DNA of 64,000 nucleotides from Gemmatimonadales bacterium (lineage in GTDB: Bacteria; Gemmatimonadota; Gemmatimonadetes; Gemmatimonadales; GWC2-71-9): contig JBBCJC010000002.1 in NCBI GenBank assembly GCA_037189525.1, forward strand, positions 64,001-128,000, read 5' to 3'. This document shows, in pieces, positions 38,852 through 50,259 of this stretch. The notes below the pieces were generated by a model, which ran no database searches, was not told where the DNA came from, and saw only the letters and a list, made by a program, of their open reading frames with translations. The number at the start of each line of letters is the position of its first letter. Positions within the stretch are counted from its first letter, which is position 1. Position numbers and translations under genes: made by a program.

Positions 38852-40915
38852 TCAGCGGGTCGAGAGCACCTCGACCCGCCGCATCACGTCGCCTTCCGCA
38901 ATCCGGTCGACGACGTCCATCCCGTCCGCGACACGCCCCCAGACCGTATAGTTGAAATCGAGCCGAAGATTGTCGACCAGATTGACGAAGATCTGGGCGT
39001 CGCCGGTGTCGCGGCCGCGAGTCGAGATACCCAGGGTGCCGCGTTCGTGGGACACGGGGCCGACCTCGTCGCGCATGTAGGGGCCGTCACCGACATACTC
39101 GTTGGCTCCCGGACTGCCGCCCTGGATCACGAAGTTCGGCACGATCCGGTGGAACGTGAGACCGTCGTAGTACCCTTCGCGGGCGCGCGTCACGATGCGC
39201 AGCACCGTGGCCGGCGCGAGATCGGGATCGAGCGCAATCTCGAATTGGTCGGTGCGACCGGTGGATCCTTCCATGGTGATCCGCAGCCGGGCTCCACGCA
39301 GCGCATCGGCCGCCGCGACCGACACCGGCGCCGGCGGTACCCGGACCGGCTTCGCAGCAACCGCGTGCCCCGACCACCGCGTCAGGATGGCCGCCGCCCG
39401 CTCGGCGATGACCGAATCGAAGTCGGACAGGTAGGGTCGCACGCTCACGCTGTCCGACGGTTGTCCCAGTTCGTCCACCCGTTCGATCAGAGCCACCCGC
39501 GGATCCCGCGAGGTGTCCTTCCGTTCGGCCGAGATCCGGCCCAGCGCGGCAAGCGAGGCATCGACGGCCGCGCGCGGCGCCGGACTGGCAGCCAGGGCCC
39601 GGGCCGCCGTTTGCACCAGTTGGTAGTCGCGACGGCTCAGCTGAGCCCGGTAGATCGAATCGGCGGCGCGCCCTGACACGGTCACCAGGCCAGCCACCGC
39701 CGCTTCGCGAACGTTGTCGTGCTCATCGGCGGCGAGCGTTCGCAATAGCGCATCGTTGCCGAGGAGGGCCGCCGTCCGGGCGGCGTACATCCGCAGGTGC
39801 CAGCGGGATGAGCGCGCCACGGCAAGGGCGGCCCGACTCGCTCGGACCGTATCGAGCGTAGCGAGCGACAACAGGGCCCGCGCCCCGCGATGCCAGGCCA
39901 GCGGGCCTGCTCCGCGATCGGCGGTAACCAGCGAGTCGACCAGGATTCCGAGCACCTGCACCGCCGCCGCGCGATCGGGGCAGCTCGAATCGATGGCCCC
40001 GATGGCTTCGAGCGCAACCGGGAGTTCGGGATCGGCGGCGGCCGCGCGGAGCGGCGCGCAGTCGAGCGCGCGGCGCTGACGGCTCCAGCCGCGCACGGCC
40101 TCGATCCGAACCATGGCAGCCGGATCCGCCAGCAAACGCTGGAGTACACCACGCTGATCGTCGACGGCCGCACTGTCCGCGGCCCAGATGGCCGCGAGCC
40201 GCCGCACCCCGGGGTCGGCGTCGACGATGAGCAGGGAAAGCACGGTCGGGTTGCGCGCCCCGACATGGAGCAACGTCTGCGCAGCGGTGCGCCGGATCGC
40301 GGGCGCGGCAGGCGGACCGTGATAAGCCGTCAACGCTTCCAGCCGGGCAATCGTCTCCGGACGGCGCCCCGCCCCCCGCCCCGCCAGCCGGGCAAACGAC
40401 TCGGCTGCCCGGGTCACCTCGAGTACGTAGTCGGCGGGGCCATCCTGGCGCAGCAGGCCGTCGAGGGCATCGGCCACTCGGCTCCGCAGCGCCGGATCAC
40501 GCACCGGCAGGCGCGCCAGCGATCGGCCGAGTGCTGCCTGGATGGCCGGATCGGAACTCAGCGCCAGGCGATCGAGGAGGATGGTAGCCACGGTCGGTGC
40601 CGCGGCGCTGTCCTGGCCCAGTTGTCCCAAAGCCCAGATGGCTTCGACGCGGACCCGAGGGCGCCGATCGTCGAGCGCCGGAACCACGCGCGCCACCAGC
40701 GTGCCGCGTTCGAAGCGTCCCAGTCCGCGCAGGGCCGCGACCGCCACACCTTCCACCGGGCTCCGGATCCCGCTGAGCAGAGGCTCCAGATCGGCATCGG
40801 CCATGCTCCGGCGGTCTTCGGCCGTCAGCATCGCCTGCCGGGACGGCTCCTGCGCAGCGAGAGCAACCGGTTGCGCCAGCGCTGCGACCAGCAGGATGGC
40901 CCGGACGCCTGTCAT
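38852..40915 (-). CDS. HEAT-repeat protein fused to cyclophilin-type PPIase
   Basis: Signal peptide; repeated 'D..P.VR'; YYDGLTFHRIVPNFVIQGG, DTGDAQIF. Confidence 0.9.
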   Translation of the reverse strand: MTGVRAILLVAALAQPVALAAQEPSRQAMLTAEDRRSMADADLEPLLSGIRSPVEGVAVAALRGLGRFERGTLVARVVPALDDRRPRVRVEAIWALGQLGQDSAAAPTVATILLDRLALSSDPAIQAALGRSLARLPVRDPALRSRVADALDGLLRQDGPADYVLEVTRAAESFARLAGRGAGRRPETIARLEALTAYHGPPAAPAIRRTAAQTLLHVGARNPTVLSLLIVDADPGVRRLAAIWAADSAAVDDQRGVLQRLLADPAAMVRIEAVRGWSRQRRALDCAPLRAAAADPELPVALEAIGAIDSSCPDRAAAVQVLGILVDSLVTADRGAGPLAWHRGARALLSLATLDTVRASRAALAVARSSRWHLRMYAARTAALLGNDALLRTLAADEHDNVREAAVAGLVTVSGRAADSIYRAQLSRRDYQLVQTAARALAASPAPRAAVDASLAALGRISAERKDTSRDPRVALIERVDELGQPSDSVSVRPYLSDFDSVIAERAAAILTRWSGHAVAAKPVRVPPAPVSVAAADALRGARLRITMEGSTGRTDQFEIALDPDLAPATVLRIVTRAREGYYDGLTFHRIVPNFVIQGGSPGANEYVGDGPYMRDEVGPVSHERGTLGISTRGRDTGDAQIFVNLVDNLRLDFNYTVWGRVADGMDVVDRIAEGDVMRRVEVLSTR

Positions 40916-42327
40916 CGCAGGCCGACCTGTCCGGCAACGGATGCGACCAGCTTGGCGCTGTCGTAGCCGACGCCGTCCCGAAAAACCCAGCGCACGCTGC
41001 CGAGGGCCGTCGGGTCGGTGACCGGGTTCCGATCCAGTACCACCAGGTCCGCACGTTTGCCGGCCTCGATCGTCCCGTACTGATCCGCTTCGCGGAGTAC
41101 GGTGGCGCCGTTGGCGGACACGATGCGAATCGCCGTTTCGGGGGTGAACCCCGCTTCCACCAACAGTTCGAAGTTGCGATGGCTGCCATAGCCGGGAAGC
41201 ATGCCGTTGCCCCAGGGGTCGACGCCGGCTGCCAGAAGTCCACCGGCCGCGACCCAGCGCCGCTCGAACTGCATCATCTTCTGGAACAGGAGCGGTGGTA
41301 CGAAACCCTGCCCCGCGTTGACCTGCCGGATCGCCGCCTCTACTGAGTCGCGCACCCGGAGCGACAAGGCCGCCCGGGCCGGCGCGTGCATCCGGGCTCG
41401 GCCCGTGACAAACAACTCGTACACGGCAAGCGTCGAGGTGAGCGCCACTTTGTGGGCCAGGAGATCCCGGATGGTCGAATCGACGGCGGCGCCTTCGACG
41501 TCGACGTTGACCTGATATACCATGTTCTGCGCTGCGCAGCGATCCGGCTGCCGGCCCGGGACGTAGTCGCTGTTGGTGATGAAGCCGTGCTCCAGGTTGT
41601 CGATGCCGAGTGCGGCCGCTTCGCGGAAGCTCACGGAGCAGAGGTGGCCCGTCACACCCATGCCGTTGCGATGTGCCTCCTGGATGGCGGCGCCCAGGAC
41701 CTCGCGCGACACATTCCCCGAGAACTTGAGCCAGGTGGCGCCTTCGGACGCCCAGTAGCTGATGACTCGTCGCGCTTCCTCCGCCGTTTCGAGCCGCCGG
41801 CTGCGCGCCGGCCCGTTCCCGGGCCCGTCGAGGTACGGCCCGCTGATGTGCATCCGCGGGCCGGGTGCCGCGCCGCGATCGATATCGCGTTTGGTATTGA
41901 TCTCGTCGTAAGGCATCTGCCCGCCGGCGGTGCGGATCGTCGTAACGCCCAGGCCGAGATAGAGGCGCGGCGCCGAGACGGGCATCTGGGCGAGACCGGC
42001 GGAGGAATTGAAGTACTGGTGACCGTGCAGATCGACCAGACCCGGGATGACGGTCGCGCCGGCCAGGTCATGAACTTTCGCGCCGGACGGAATCGAGACT
42101 TCGCCATTCCGGCCGACCGCGACGATCCGCCCGTCCCGGATCAGGATGGTCTGATTGTCACGCGCGGGCGAACCGGTCCCGTCGATGACCCGCACACCCT
42201 GCAGGGCAATGACCGGAGCATCTTCGACGATGAACTCGCGCACCGCCGGCGAGAACGCGGGACGGGGTTGGGCGTGCGCCACGCCCGCAAGCACGGTGAG
42301 GCTGGCAATGAGACGGACAGCGAACAT
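40912..42327 (-). CDS. Secreted amidohydrolase family protein
   Basis: PGLVDLHGH, GVTTIR, GHL, EHG, GTIEAGKRADLVVL. Confidence 0.9.
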   Translation of the reverse strand: MFAVRLIASLTVLAGVAHAQPRPAFSPAVREFIVEDAPVIALQGVRVIDGTGSPARDNQTILIRDGRIVAVGRNGEVSIPSGAKVHDLAGATVIPGLVDLHGHQYFNSSAGLAQMPVSAPRLYLGLGVTTIRTAGGQMPYDEINTKRDIDRGAAPGPRMHISGPYLDGPGNGPARSRRLETAEEARRVISYWASEGATWLKFSGNVSREVLGAAIQEAHRNGMGVTGHLCSVSFREAAALGIDNLEHGFITNSDYVPGRQPDRCAAQNMVYQVNVDVEGAAVDSTIRDLLAHKVALTSTLAVYELFVTGRARMHAPARAALSLRVRDSVEAAIRQVNAGQGFVPPLLFQKMMQFERRWVAAGGLLAAGVDPWGNGMLPGYGSHRNFELLVEAGFTPETAIRIVSANGATVLREADQYGTIEAGKRADLVVLDRNPVTDPTALGSVRWVFRDGVGYDSAKLVASVAGQVGLR

Positions 42328-42358
42328 CGGAACCTTGGCTTTCGTGGAAGGCTGCTGA

Positions 42359-44017
42359 CTACGCCGTCGCTACGCCGGCGGCTCGTTCGAGCGCGAGCTC
42401 GCGGATCGAGATCTCGCGCATCTCCACCTTACGGACTTTCCCGGTCACCGTCATGGGGAATCCGTCGGAGAATCGGATATACCGGGGAATCTTGAACGTC
42501 GCGATCTGCCCTTGGCAGAAGGCACGAATGTCATCGACGGTGACGTCCGCACCTGGCTTGAGAACGACCCAGGCGCAAAGCTCCTCACCGTACTTCTCAT
42601 CCGGCACACCGATGACCTGGACGTCCTGGATCTTCGGGTGACGATAGAGAAACTCCTCGACTTCTCTCGGGAAGATATTCTCGCCCCCGCGAATCACCAT
42701 GTCCTTGATGCGTCCGATGATATTGACGTAGCCGTCCTCACGCATCACGGCCAGGTCGCCGGTGTGCATCCACCCTGCGGCATCGATCGCCGCGCTGGTG
42801 GCGCCCTCATCGTCCCAGTACCCCAGCATGACGAGATAGCCACGGCTCAGCAGTTCACCGGCGTGTCCGCGCGGCACCGAGCGTCCGGTGTCGGGGTCGA
42901 CCACCTTGCACTCGACGTGCGGATGCACCGCTCCGACCGTCCCAGTACGGCGGTCGAGATCGTCGCTCGCGAGGGTCTGGAACGAGACAGGCGAGGTTTC
43001 GGTCATACCGTAGCAGATGGTCACGTCGCGCATGTGCATCCGGCTGATGACCTGCTTCATCACCTCGACGGGACAGGGGGAGCCGGCCATGATCCCGGTA
43101 CGCAAACTGGCGAGGTCGTAGCGCGCGAACTCCGGATGCTCGAGGGCGGCGATGAACATGGTCGGTACGCCATAGAGCGAGGTGCAGCGCTCGGCCTCGA
43201 TCGCTTCGAGGGTGGCTACCGGATCGAAAGCGGCGGCGGGGTAGACGACCGAGGCGCCGTGCGTCAGCGCGGCCAGGTTCCCCATCACCATGCCGAAGCA
43301 ATGGTAGAGCGGCACCGGCACGCAGATGCGGTCGCGCGCGGTGTACCCGCAGCCCTGACCGACGAAGTAGCCGTTGTTGAGGATGTTGTGATGCGACAGG
43401 GTCGCCCCTTTGGGAAACCCCGTCGTCCCCGAGGTGTACTGGATGTTGACCGGATCGTCGAAGTCGAGCTCGGCTTCCCGCCGGCGCAGGGAGTCGGTAA
43501 ACCGGTCAGCGCCGAGCGCGAGGAACTCGTTCCATCCCTGCATACCCGAGGCGCCTTCGCCGATCAGGACGACTGAATCCATCCCCGGCAGTTCGGGCAC
43601 GACGGAGCGCAGCAGTTCCAGGTAGTCGGTTTGGCGGAACGCCCGAGCGGCAACCAGGACCGACACCCCCGATTTCCCCAGGGCGTAGTGCAGTTCATGG
43701 CGACGATAGGCGGGATTCACATTGACGAGAATCGCGCCAACCCTTGCCGCCGCATACTGCACGACCAGCCACTCGATGCAGTTCCCCGACCAGATTCCGA
43801 TGCGATCACCCTTGGCTACGCCCAGGGCCATGAATGCCCGGGCGGCCCGATCGGCGGCGTCTCGAAGCTCGGCATAGGAGAGACGGACCCCCTGATGTCG
43901 GCTCGCCACGGCCAGGGCATCGGGCATCTCGGTCGCCACGCGGTCGAGTTCCTCACCGATGGTTCGGCCCAGCAGCGGGACGGTCGAGGGACCGCTGACA
44001 TACGAACGAAGCGACAT
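42359..44017 (-). CDS. AMP-binding acyl-CoA synthetase
   Basis: [35 protein letters not shown]. Confidence 0.95.
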   Translation of the reverse strand: MSLRSYVSGPSTVPLLGRTIGEELDRVATEMPDALAVASRHQGVRLSYAELRDAADRAARAFMALGVAKGDRIGIWSGNCIEWLVVQYAAARVGAILVNVNPAYRRHELHYALGKSGVSVLVAARAFRQTDYLELLRSVVPELPGMDSVVLIGEGASGMQGWNEFLALGADRFTDSLRRREAELDFDDPVNIQYTSGTTGFPKGATLSHHNILNNGYFVGQGCGYTARDRICVPVPLYHCFGMVMGNLAALTHGASVVYPAAAFDPVATLEAIEAERCTSLYGVPTMFIAALEHPEFARYDLASLRTGIMAGSPCPVEVMKQVISRMHMRDVTICYGMTETSPVSFQTLASDDLDRRTGTVGAVHPHVECKVVDPDTGRSVPRGHAGELLSRGYLVMLGYWDDEGATSAAIDAAGWMHTGDLAVMREDGYVNIIGRIKDMVIRGGENIFPREVEEFLYRHPKIQDVQVIGVPDEKYGEELCAWVVLKPGADVTVDDIRAFCQGQIATFKIPRYIRFSDGFPMTVTGKVRKVEMREISIRELALERAAGVATA

Positions 44018-44178
44018 CCTGAACCTCGTGATCGAGGGTTTCCCGGGGAGAATCTAGGTCTTTCCCTGGGAAAATCACCCCTGTCCCTATTGTTCTCCCG
44101 AGAGGGATTTCTTAGATTTTCCCTCGACAGACAGTCCCGCTGGACCTGTAGTAGACCAATTCTCCAAGGAGAAACTCG

Positions 44179-44538
44179 ATGGCTGTAAAGAAGAAGGCTG
44201 CAAAGAAGGCGACGAAGAAGGTCGCCAAGAAGCCGGCCGCCAAAAAGGCAGCCAAGAAGCCGGCACCGAAGAAAGCCGCCAAGAAGCGGACCCCGTCTGC
44301 GGCCTTCATGAAAGCGTTGACCCCGTCGGCGGCGCTCGCTGCGGTGGTGGGCGACAAGGCGCTTCCGCGTACCGAAGTCACCAAGAAGCTCTGGGCGTAC
44401 ATCAAGAAGCACAAGCTCCAGGACGCCAAGAACAAGCGCAACATCAATGCGGATGCGAACCTGAAGGCCGTCTTCGGTGGCAAGGGCACGGTCAACATGT
44501 TCGAGATGACCAAGCTGGTCAACAAGCACCTGAAGTAA
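44179..44538 (+). CDS. SWIB/MDM2 domain protein with Lys/Ala-rich histone-H1-like N-terminal tail
   Basis: AAGGAG RBS; KKAAKK repeats; PS..LA.VVG....RTEVTKKLW.YIKK..LQD..NKR.INAD; MFEMTK. Confidence 0.92.
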   Translation: MAVKKKAAKKATKKVAKKPAAKKAAKKPAPKKAAKKRTPSAAFMKALTPSAALAAVVGDKALPRTEVTKKLWAYIKKHKLQDAKNKRNINADANLKAVFGGKGTVNMFEMTKLVNKHLK

Positions 44539-44563
44539 GCTCAGCAGTCCTGTACTGCACGAG

Positions 44564-44589
44564 AAGAGGCCGGACGTCTCCGGCCTCTT
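44564..44589 (+). terminator. Intrinsic terminator
   Basis: aagaggccgga-cgtc-tccggcctctt followed by tgcttt. Confidence 0.85.
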
Positions 44590-44615
44590 TGCTTTCCCCC
44601 CGGTCGACCATCACA

Positions 44616-45941
44616 CTATCGCAAATCGACGACCCGTTTGGCTTTGCCCGCCGAGCGCGGAATGCCGCCGGGCGGTTCGTGCCGAATCGTGACCGATACG
44701 CCGACGAGCGTCTTGATCCGATGCACCAGCCGATGCGCAGCCTGCGCCATCGATTCCGTCGAGAGACTCGCCTCTCGCGGTTCGACGACGATAGCGAGCG
44801 TATCGAGACGACCGTCGCGCCGCAGCTCCAGCAGGTAGTGAGGCGCATAGACGCCCGCCTCGAGGATCAGCCCCTCGAGCTGCGAGGGAAACACGTTGAC
44901 GCCGCGCACGATCAGCATGTCGTCCGAGCGGCCGCCGATGCGTCCCAGGCGGCGCATGCTGCGTGCGGTTCCGGGTAAGAGGACCGAGAGATCCCGGGTC
45001 CGGTAGCGCACCATCGGCATCGCTTCCTTGGTGAGCGAGGTAAAGACCAGCTCACCCGGCGTTCCGTCGGGAAGCACCGCGCCCGTGTCGGGATCGATGA
45101 TCTCCGGATAAAAATGATCTTCCCAGATGACGAGACCGTCTTTGGTCTCGACACATTCCGACGCAACACCCGGACCCATCACCTCCGACAGACCGTAGAT
45201 ATCCAGCGCATCCATCCCGAAGTTCGCCTCGATCTCGCTGCGCATCGCCTCGGTCCACGGTTCGGCGCCATGGATGCCGACCGCGAGCGACGACGACGCG
45301 GGGTCGATGCCCAGCTTACGGAACTCGTCGGCGATCACCAGCGCGTACGACGGCGTACACATCAGGATGTCGGGCCGAATATCCCGGATGAACTGGACCT
45401 GCTTTTCGGTCTGTCCACCCGACATCGGCACCACGGTGCAGCCGAGCCGTTCGGCGCCGTAGTGCGCACCGAGCCCGCCCGTGAAGAGGCCGTATCCGTA
45501 CGCCACGTGGACCAGATCGCCGGCACGACCGCCGGCCGCCCGAATCGAGCGGGCCACCAGGTCGGCCCAGTGCTCGAGGTCCCGCTGAGTGTATCCGACC
45601 ACGGTGGGCTGGCCGGTGGTGCCGGACGAGGCGTGGAGCCGGGCGACCTGCTCCCGCGGTACGGCAAAGAGGCCGTAGGGAAAGGTTTCCCGCAGATCGG
45701 CCTTGGCGGTGAAGGGGAACCGGGCCAGGTCGTCCAGCGTGCGGCAGTCGGTCGGGTGAACGCCGGCCGCTTCACACTTGGCCCGGAAATGGGGGACCCG
45801 ATCGTAGCTCCGCGTCAGCGTCCACTGCAGCCGTTCGAGCTGCAGCGCGGCGATCTCGTCGCGGCTGGCCAGTTCGATCCGGTCGAGCGCGTCGCGGGGA
45901 GGCGCGCCGCGGCGTGGCTTCGGAGCGCCGGGCGCCGTCAC
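44616..45941 (-). CDS. paaK: Phenylacetate-CoA ligase
   Basis: HASSGTTG, YGYGLFTGGLG, DIYGLSE, WEDHFYPE, RGVNVFPSQ, GKAKRV.D.R. Confidence 0.95.
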   Translation of the reverse strand: MTAPGAPKPRRGAPPRDALDRIELASRDEIAALQLERLQWTLTRSYDRVPHFRAKCEAAGVHPTDCRTLDDLARFPFTAKADLRETFPYGLFAVPREQVARLHASSGTTGQPTVVGYTQRDLEHWADLVARSIRAAGGRAGDLVHVAYGYGLFTGGLGAHYGAERLGCTVVPMSGGQTEKQVQFIRDIRPDILMCTPSYALVIADEFRKLGIDPASSSLAVGIHGAEPWTEAMRSEIEANFGMDALDIYGLSEVMGPGVASECVETKDGLVIWEDHFYPEIIDPDTGAVLPDGTPGELVFTSLTKEAMPMVRYRTRDLSVLLPGTARSMRRLGRIGGRSDDMLIVRGVNVFPSQLEGLILEAGVYAPHYLLELRRDGRLDTLAIVVEPREASLSTESMAQAAHRLVHRIKTLVGVSVTIRHEPPGGIPRSAGKAKRVVDLR

Positions 45942-47440
45942 GCTTCCCCCCGCGCCAACGGTGGCAGGCGATCGAACCAGGGTCGAGCCTGTTCCAACTG
46001 GCCTGCCAGTCGAAACAGCACCTGCTCTTCACCGAGCCGAGCGACACACTGAATTCCGATCGGCAGCCCTTCATCGTTCCACGCGAGTGGTACGCTCATC
46101 CCGGGCTGTCCGGTCGCGTTGAATACGGGCGTGAACGGGATGGCGTCGAACACCTGCCCCGCCATCTGCTCCAGCAGGCCTGCCGCCCGAATCAGCCGGC
46201 CGGACCCCAACCTGCCGAGCAACTCCACCAGCGTCCGCTCCCAGGGCTTGGGCTGCAGCGCTCCAATCGGGAACGGAGGTACCGCCAGGGTCGGGGTCAC
46301 CAGCACGTCGTACCGCTCGAAAAACCGCCCCACGGTTCTGGCCGTCGTGCCCAGGTATCGCAAAGCGCGGGACAACTGTTCGGCCGTCATCGCACCGCCG
46401 AGCAGTGTGATCGCCCAGGTTTCGGGCTCGAGATCGCCGGCCTTGGCCCGCCGTCCCAATTCGACTTCGGCCTCCCGCAACTCCGCCGCCGTCTCCGCCG
46501 CCACCATCGAAAGGAATGCCAACGAGAAGGCTCGGCCATCGATCTCCGGCGCATCCTCCGTCACATCGTGACCGAGATCGGCGAGCAGCGCCGCGGCATC
46601 CTCGAGCGCGGCCCGGCAATCGGGGTGAACCGACCCGCCGAGGAATGGGTGGGTCGTTACCGCAATGCGGAGCCGGCCGGGAGCGCGTGACACCTCATCC
46701 AGGAACGGCCGCTCGGGATCGGTGATGAGATACGGCGCGCCGGGATCGGCGCCGTGAATCGCGTCGAGAACGGCGGCGCTGTCACGCACCGAACGGGTCA
46801 GCACGTGTTCGACCACCGCGCCATGCCAGTATTCTCCCGCATCGGGACCGGTCGGGACGCGGCCCCGGGAGGGCTTGAGTCCGAACAGGCCGCAACACGA
46901 CGCGGGAATCCGGATCGAGCCACCGCCATCACCACCACTCGCAATCGGGACGATCCCCGCCGCGACCGCAGCCGCAGAACCGCCACTCGAACCGCCGCTG
47001 GTGCGGGAGAGATCCCATGGATTCCGGGTCGGGCCGAACAGCGCCGGCTCGGTGTACGGCGTCAAACCGAATTCCGGCGTGTTGGTCTTACCGAAGGTGA
47101 CGAAGCCGGCCCGACGGTAACGATGCATCAGTTCCGTGTCGTGATCGGACACATAATCAGCGAGAAACTTGCTCCCGGCACACATCGGTTCGCCGCGGAC
47201 GGTTTGCCCCAGATCTTTGACCAGAAAGGGCACCCCGCCAAAGGGACCGTCGTGGTTCGGATCCGCCGCTTCCGCCCGCGCCGAACGCTCCATCCGATGG
47301 ACTACCGCGTTGAGCATCGGATCGAGCGCATCGAGGCGCGACAACGCGAGTTCCAGCAATTCCCCGGAGGTCACCTGCCCCGAGCGTACCAACTGCGCCA
47401 GGCCAAGCCCATCGTGGGACAGGTATTCCGTCAGATTCAT
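45938..47440 (-). CDS. Amidase signature family protein
   Basis: [33 protein letters not shown]. Confidence 0.95.
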   Translation of the reverse strand: MNLTEYLSHDGLGLAQLVRSGQVTSGELLELALSRLDALDPMLNAVVHRMERSARAEAADPNHDGPFGGVPFLVKDLGQTVRGEPMCAGSKFLADYVSDHDTELMHRYRRAGFVTFGKTNTPEFGLTPYTEPALFGPTRNPWDLSRTSGGSSGGSAAAVAAGIVPIASGGDGGGSIRIPASCCGLFGLKPSRGRVPTGPDAGEYWHGAVVEHVLTRSVRDSAAVLDAIHGADPGAPYLITDPERPFLDEVSRAPGRLRIAVTTHPFLGGSVHPDCRAALEDAAALLADLGHDVTEDAPEIDGRAFSLAFLSMVAAETAAELREAEVELGRRAKAGDLEPETWAITLLGGAMTAEQLSRALRYLGTTARTVGRFFERYDVLVTPTLAVPPFPIGALQPKPWERTLVELLGRLGSGRLIRAAGLLEQMAGQVFDAIPFTPVFNATGQPGMSVPLAWNDEGLPIGIQCVARLGEEQVLFRLAGQLEQARPWFDRLPPLARGEA

Positions 47441-47499
47441 CCGTCCCGCCAGATCCTTCCGGTAGTCGTGCACGCGAGCCGCTCTGCCGACCCCATCGT

Positions 47500-49179
47500 T
47501 CAGTGTCCCGCGGCCATGCCGTCTTTGCGCGGATCCGATGCCGCGGCGTACCCCTTCTCGAGGCGAATGATGGCCTGCGCACCTCCCGCCGAACCCCGGA
47601 CCAGGTCGATGACGTCGTGACCTCGCCGTTTGAGTTCGGCCCGGACCGACTCAGGGATAGGACCTTCCAGACCGACCCGCACGCCGGCGAAGTGCCGGAA
47701 CCGGGCCTGATCGATCGCTTCCTGCAGATCCATCCCGAAGGTGAGCAGGTTGAGGAGGACCTGGACATGCCCCTGCGCCTGGATCGCGCCACCCATCACG
47801 CCGTAGCTCATCCACGGAGTCTCGGTTCCGTTCGCGCCAACCTTCGTCACGAAGGCGGGAATGATGGTATGGAACGGACGGACGTTCGGCGCCAGCGTGT
47901 TGGGGAATCCCTCCTCGAGCGTGAACCCGCCCCCGCGGTTGTGCAGGATGATGCCCGTCCCGGGGACGACCACACCGGAACCAAACTCGGAGTAGATGCT
48001 GTTGATGAACGACACCATGTTGCCGTCGCGATCGGCGGCGGTGAGATAAATCGTCTCACTCGAGGTCATCGCGGGGCCGGGATCGACCTGCGATGATGCG
48101 CGGGCCGGATCGAGCCGCGCCCGGCGTTGCGCAATGAATCCGTCCGACAGGAGATACTCGGCCGGCACCTTCATGGTCTTGGGATCGCCCACGAACTTCG
48201 CCAGGTCGGCATATGCCAGCTTCTTGGCTTCGATCAGGTGGTGGAGATAGTCGGCGGAGTTGTGCCCCATGGCCGCCAGATCGTACGGCTCGAGGATCCG
48301 CAGCATCTCGAGCGCGGCAATGCCTTGTCCGTTGGGAGGCAGCTCGTAGAGCCGATGCCCCTTGAACGGCACCGACATCGGCGTGACCCAGTCATTGGTA
48401 TGGCGCTTCAGATCCTCGACCGTGATGAACCCGCCCAGTTCCTGCACCCGCCGAGCGATTTGCGCACCGAGCGAACCACCGTAGAAAACACCGATCCCTT
48501 CCTTGGCAATCTGACGGTAGCTGCGCGCCAAGTCAGGAAGGGTGACCCATTCGCCGGCTTTGGGAGCAACCCCGCGAGGCAGAAAGGCCGCGCGGCCCGC
48601 TTCATCGAGCGTGCTTGCCGACTCGGCCCAATCGTCGGCAATCACGGGCGTGACCGGAAAGCCCTGCTCGGCAATCCGAATCGCGGGCTCGAGCGCCTGC
48701 GCCAGCGTCAGCGTCCCATGCTTCGCGAGGAGGTCGTGCCAACCGGCCAGCGCGCCGGGAACGGTCACGAGTTCGGCACCGGTCGTCGGCATGGAGGTAC
48801 GACCGCGGTCCAGCATCGTCTTTCGCGAGGCGAGCGACCCGGAACGGCCGCTGGCGTTGAGTCCGACGAGCCGACCTTCTTTGGCCGACCAGTACAGCGC
48901 AAACAGGTCGCCGCCTGCGCCAGTCATCATCGGCTCCACCACCGTGAGGACGGCGGCGGCCGTGACCGCGGCATCGATGGCGTTGCCACCACGTTCCAGG
49001 ACGGCGAGCCCGGCCGTCGTAGCCAACGGATGACTGGTGGCCACGGCGCCGTTGGGAACGTAGACGGTTGATCGGCCAGCCATCGACGGCTTGCGGGCCT
49101 GGGCCGCGACATCGGTCGAGTCACCGAACAGCATGAGACCTCCCACCACGAGGCTGCAGAGAAATCGGACCTGACGCAT
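47500..49179 (-). CDS. ggt: Gamma-glutamyltransferase
   Basis: GGNAIDAA, VPG, nucleophile ET, GSG....TGI.L.NRG, RPFHTIIP, GVMGG, DPRKDG. Confidence 0.93.
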   Translation of the reverse strand: MRQVRFLCSLVVGGLMLFGDSTDVAAQARKPSMAGRSTVYVPNGAVATSHPLATTAGLAVLERGGNAIDAAVTAAAVLTVVEPMMTGAGGDLFALYWSAKEGRLVGLNASGRSGSLASRKTMLDRGRTSMPTTGAELVTVPGALAGWHDLLAKHGTLTLAQALEPAIRIAEQGFPVTPVIADDWAESASTLDEAGRAAFLPRGVAPKAGEWVTLPDLARSYRQIAKEGIGVFYGGSLGAQIARRVQELGGFITVEDLKRHTNDWVTPMSVPFKGHRLYELPPNGQGIAALEMLRILEPYDLAAMGHNSADYLHHLIEAKKLAYADLAKFVGDPKTMKVPAEYLLSDGFIAQRRARLDPARASSQVDPGPAMTSSETIYLTAADRDGNMVSFINSIYSEFGSGVVVPGTGIILHNRGGGFTLEEGFPNTLAPNVRPFHTIIPAFVTKVGANGTETPWMSYGVMGGAIQAQGHVQVLLNLLTFGMDLQEAIDQARFRHFAGVRVGLEGPIPESVRAELKRRGHDVIDLVRGSAGGAQAIIRLEKGYAAASDPRKDGMAAGH

Positions 49180-49241
49180 GCAGTTCTCCTTGAAGTCCGT
49201 CCAATCTACATCGCGCCACGAGGGGCGACTATCGTTCCCGG

Positions 49242-50255
49242 ATGACCGACGAGACCGCGCTCGAACGTGAGCTGTCAGACCCGACCCCGGAAGTGATCGA
49301 CGCGATGCGTGGCATCCAGGGCGACATCCTCATCCTTGGCGCCGGCGGGAAGATGGGCCCGACCCTAGCGCAGCTGGCGGTGCGCGCCGGTGCCGCCGCG
49401 CAGAGTCCGCGGCAGGTCATCGCCGTGGCCCGGTTTGGCAATCCGCGCGCGCGTGCAGCGATCGAAGCCGCCGGTGCCCGATGCATCTCGGCCGACTTGC
49501 TCGATCTCGATCGGCTGGCCGACCTGCCCGATGCACCGAACGTGATCTTCATGGCGGGCCAGAAATTCGGGACGACCGGCGACTCGGCGGGCACCTGGGC
49601 CACCAACGCCCTGCTCCCCGGCCTGGTGACCCACCGGTACCGCACCGCCAGGTTCGTCGTCTTCTCGACCGGCAATGTCTATCCCTTCTGGCCCTCGACG
49701 AGCGAAGGCCCCACGGAACAGGACCCGGTCGGCCCCATCGGCGAGTATGCCCAGTCGGCGCTCGCGCGAGAGCGGATTTTCGAGTATGCTGGCGAGAGGT
49801 ACGGCACCCGGAGCGCGATCCTCCGGGTGAACTATGCCATCGAACCCCGCTACGGCGTGCTGCGAGACATCGCCGACCGGGTCCGGCAGCGCGAACCGAT
49901 CGACCTCGCCATGGGTCGGGTCAACCTGATCTGGCAGCGCGACGCCAACGCGATTGCCCTTCGCGCGCTCGAACACGCGGCGGCGCCGCCGTTCGTGCTC
50001 AACGTGACGGGGCCGGCAGTCTCGGTCCGCTCGCTGGCGGAACACTTCGGGGCCCGATGGAATATTGCCCCGCTATTTCGGGGCACTGAAGAGCCATCGG
50101 CACTGTTGTCGAATGCGACACTGATGGAACGTGTGTTCGGGCCGGCCCCGGTGAACGTCGAGACGATGATCGACCGGATCGTGGACTGGGTCGACGGAGG
50201 CGGGCGCTCGCTTGGCAAGCCGACCCGCTACGAAGAACGAAGGGGAGCATTTTGA
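49242..50255 (+). CDS. NAD-dependent epimerase/dehydratase family
   Basis: LGAGGKMG, FSTGNVY, GEYAQS. Confidence 0.85.
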   Translation: MTDETALERELSDPTPEVIDAMRGIQGDILILGAGGKMGPTLAQLAVRAGAAAQSPRQVIAVARFGNPRARAAIEAAGARCISADLLDLDRLADLPDAPNVIFMAGQKFGTTGDSAGTWATNALLPGLVTHRYRTARFVVFSTGNVYPFWPSTSEGPTEQDPVGPIGEYAQSALARERIFEYAGERYGTRSAILRVNYAIEPRYGVLRDIADRVRQREPIDLAMGRVNLIWQRDANAIALRALEHAAAPPFVLNVTGPAVSVRSLAEHFGARWNIAPLFRGTEEPSALLSNATLMERVFGPAPVNVETMIDRIVDWVDGGGRSLGKPTRYEERRGAF

Positions 50256-50259
50256 TGCG

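Noticed and set aside
44185..44290. AAGAAG-rich tandem-like repeats
   Set aside because: Explained by Lys/Ala codons of the SWIB tail, not a DNA repeat element.
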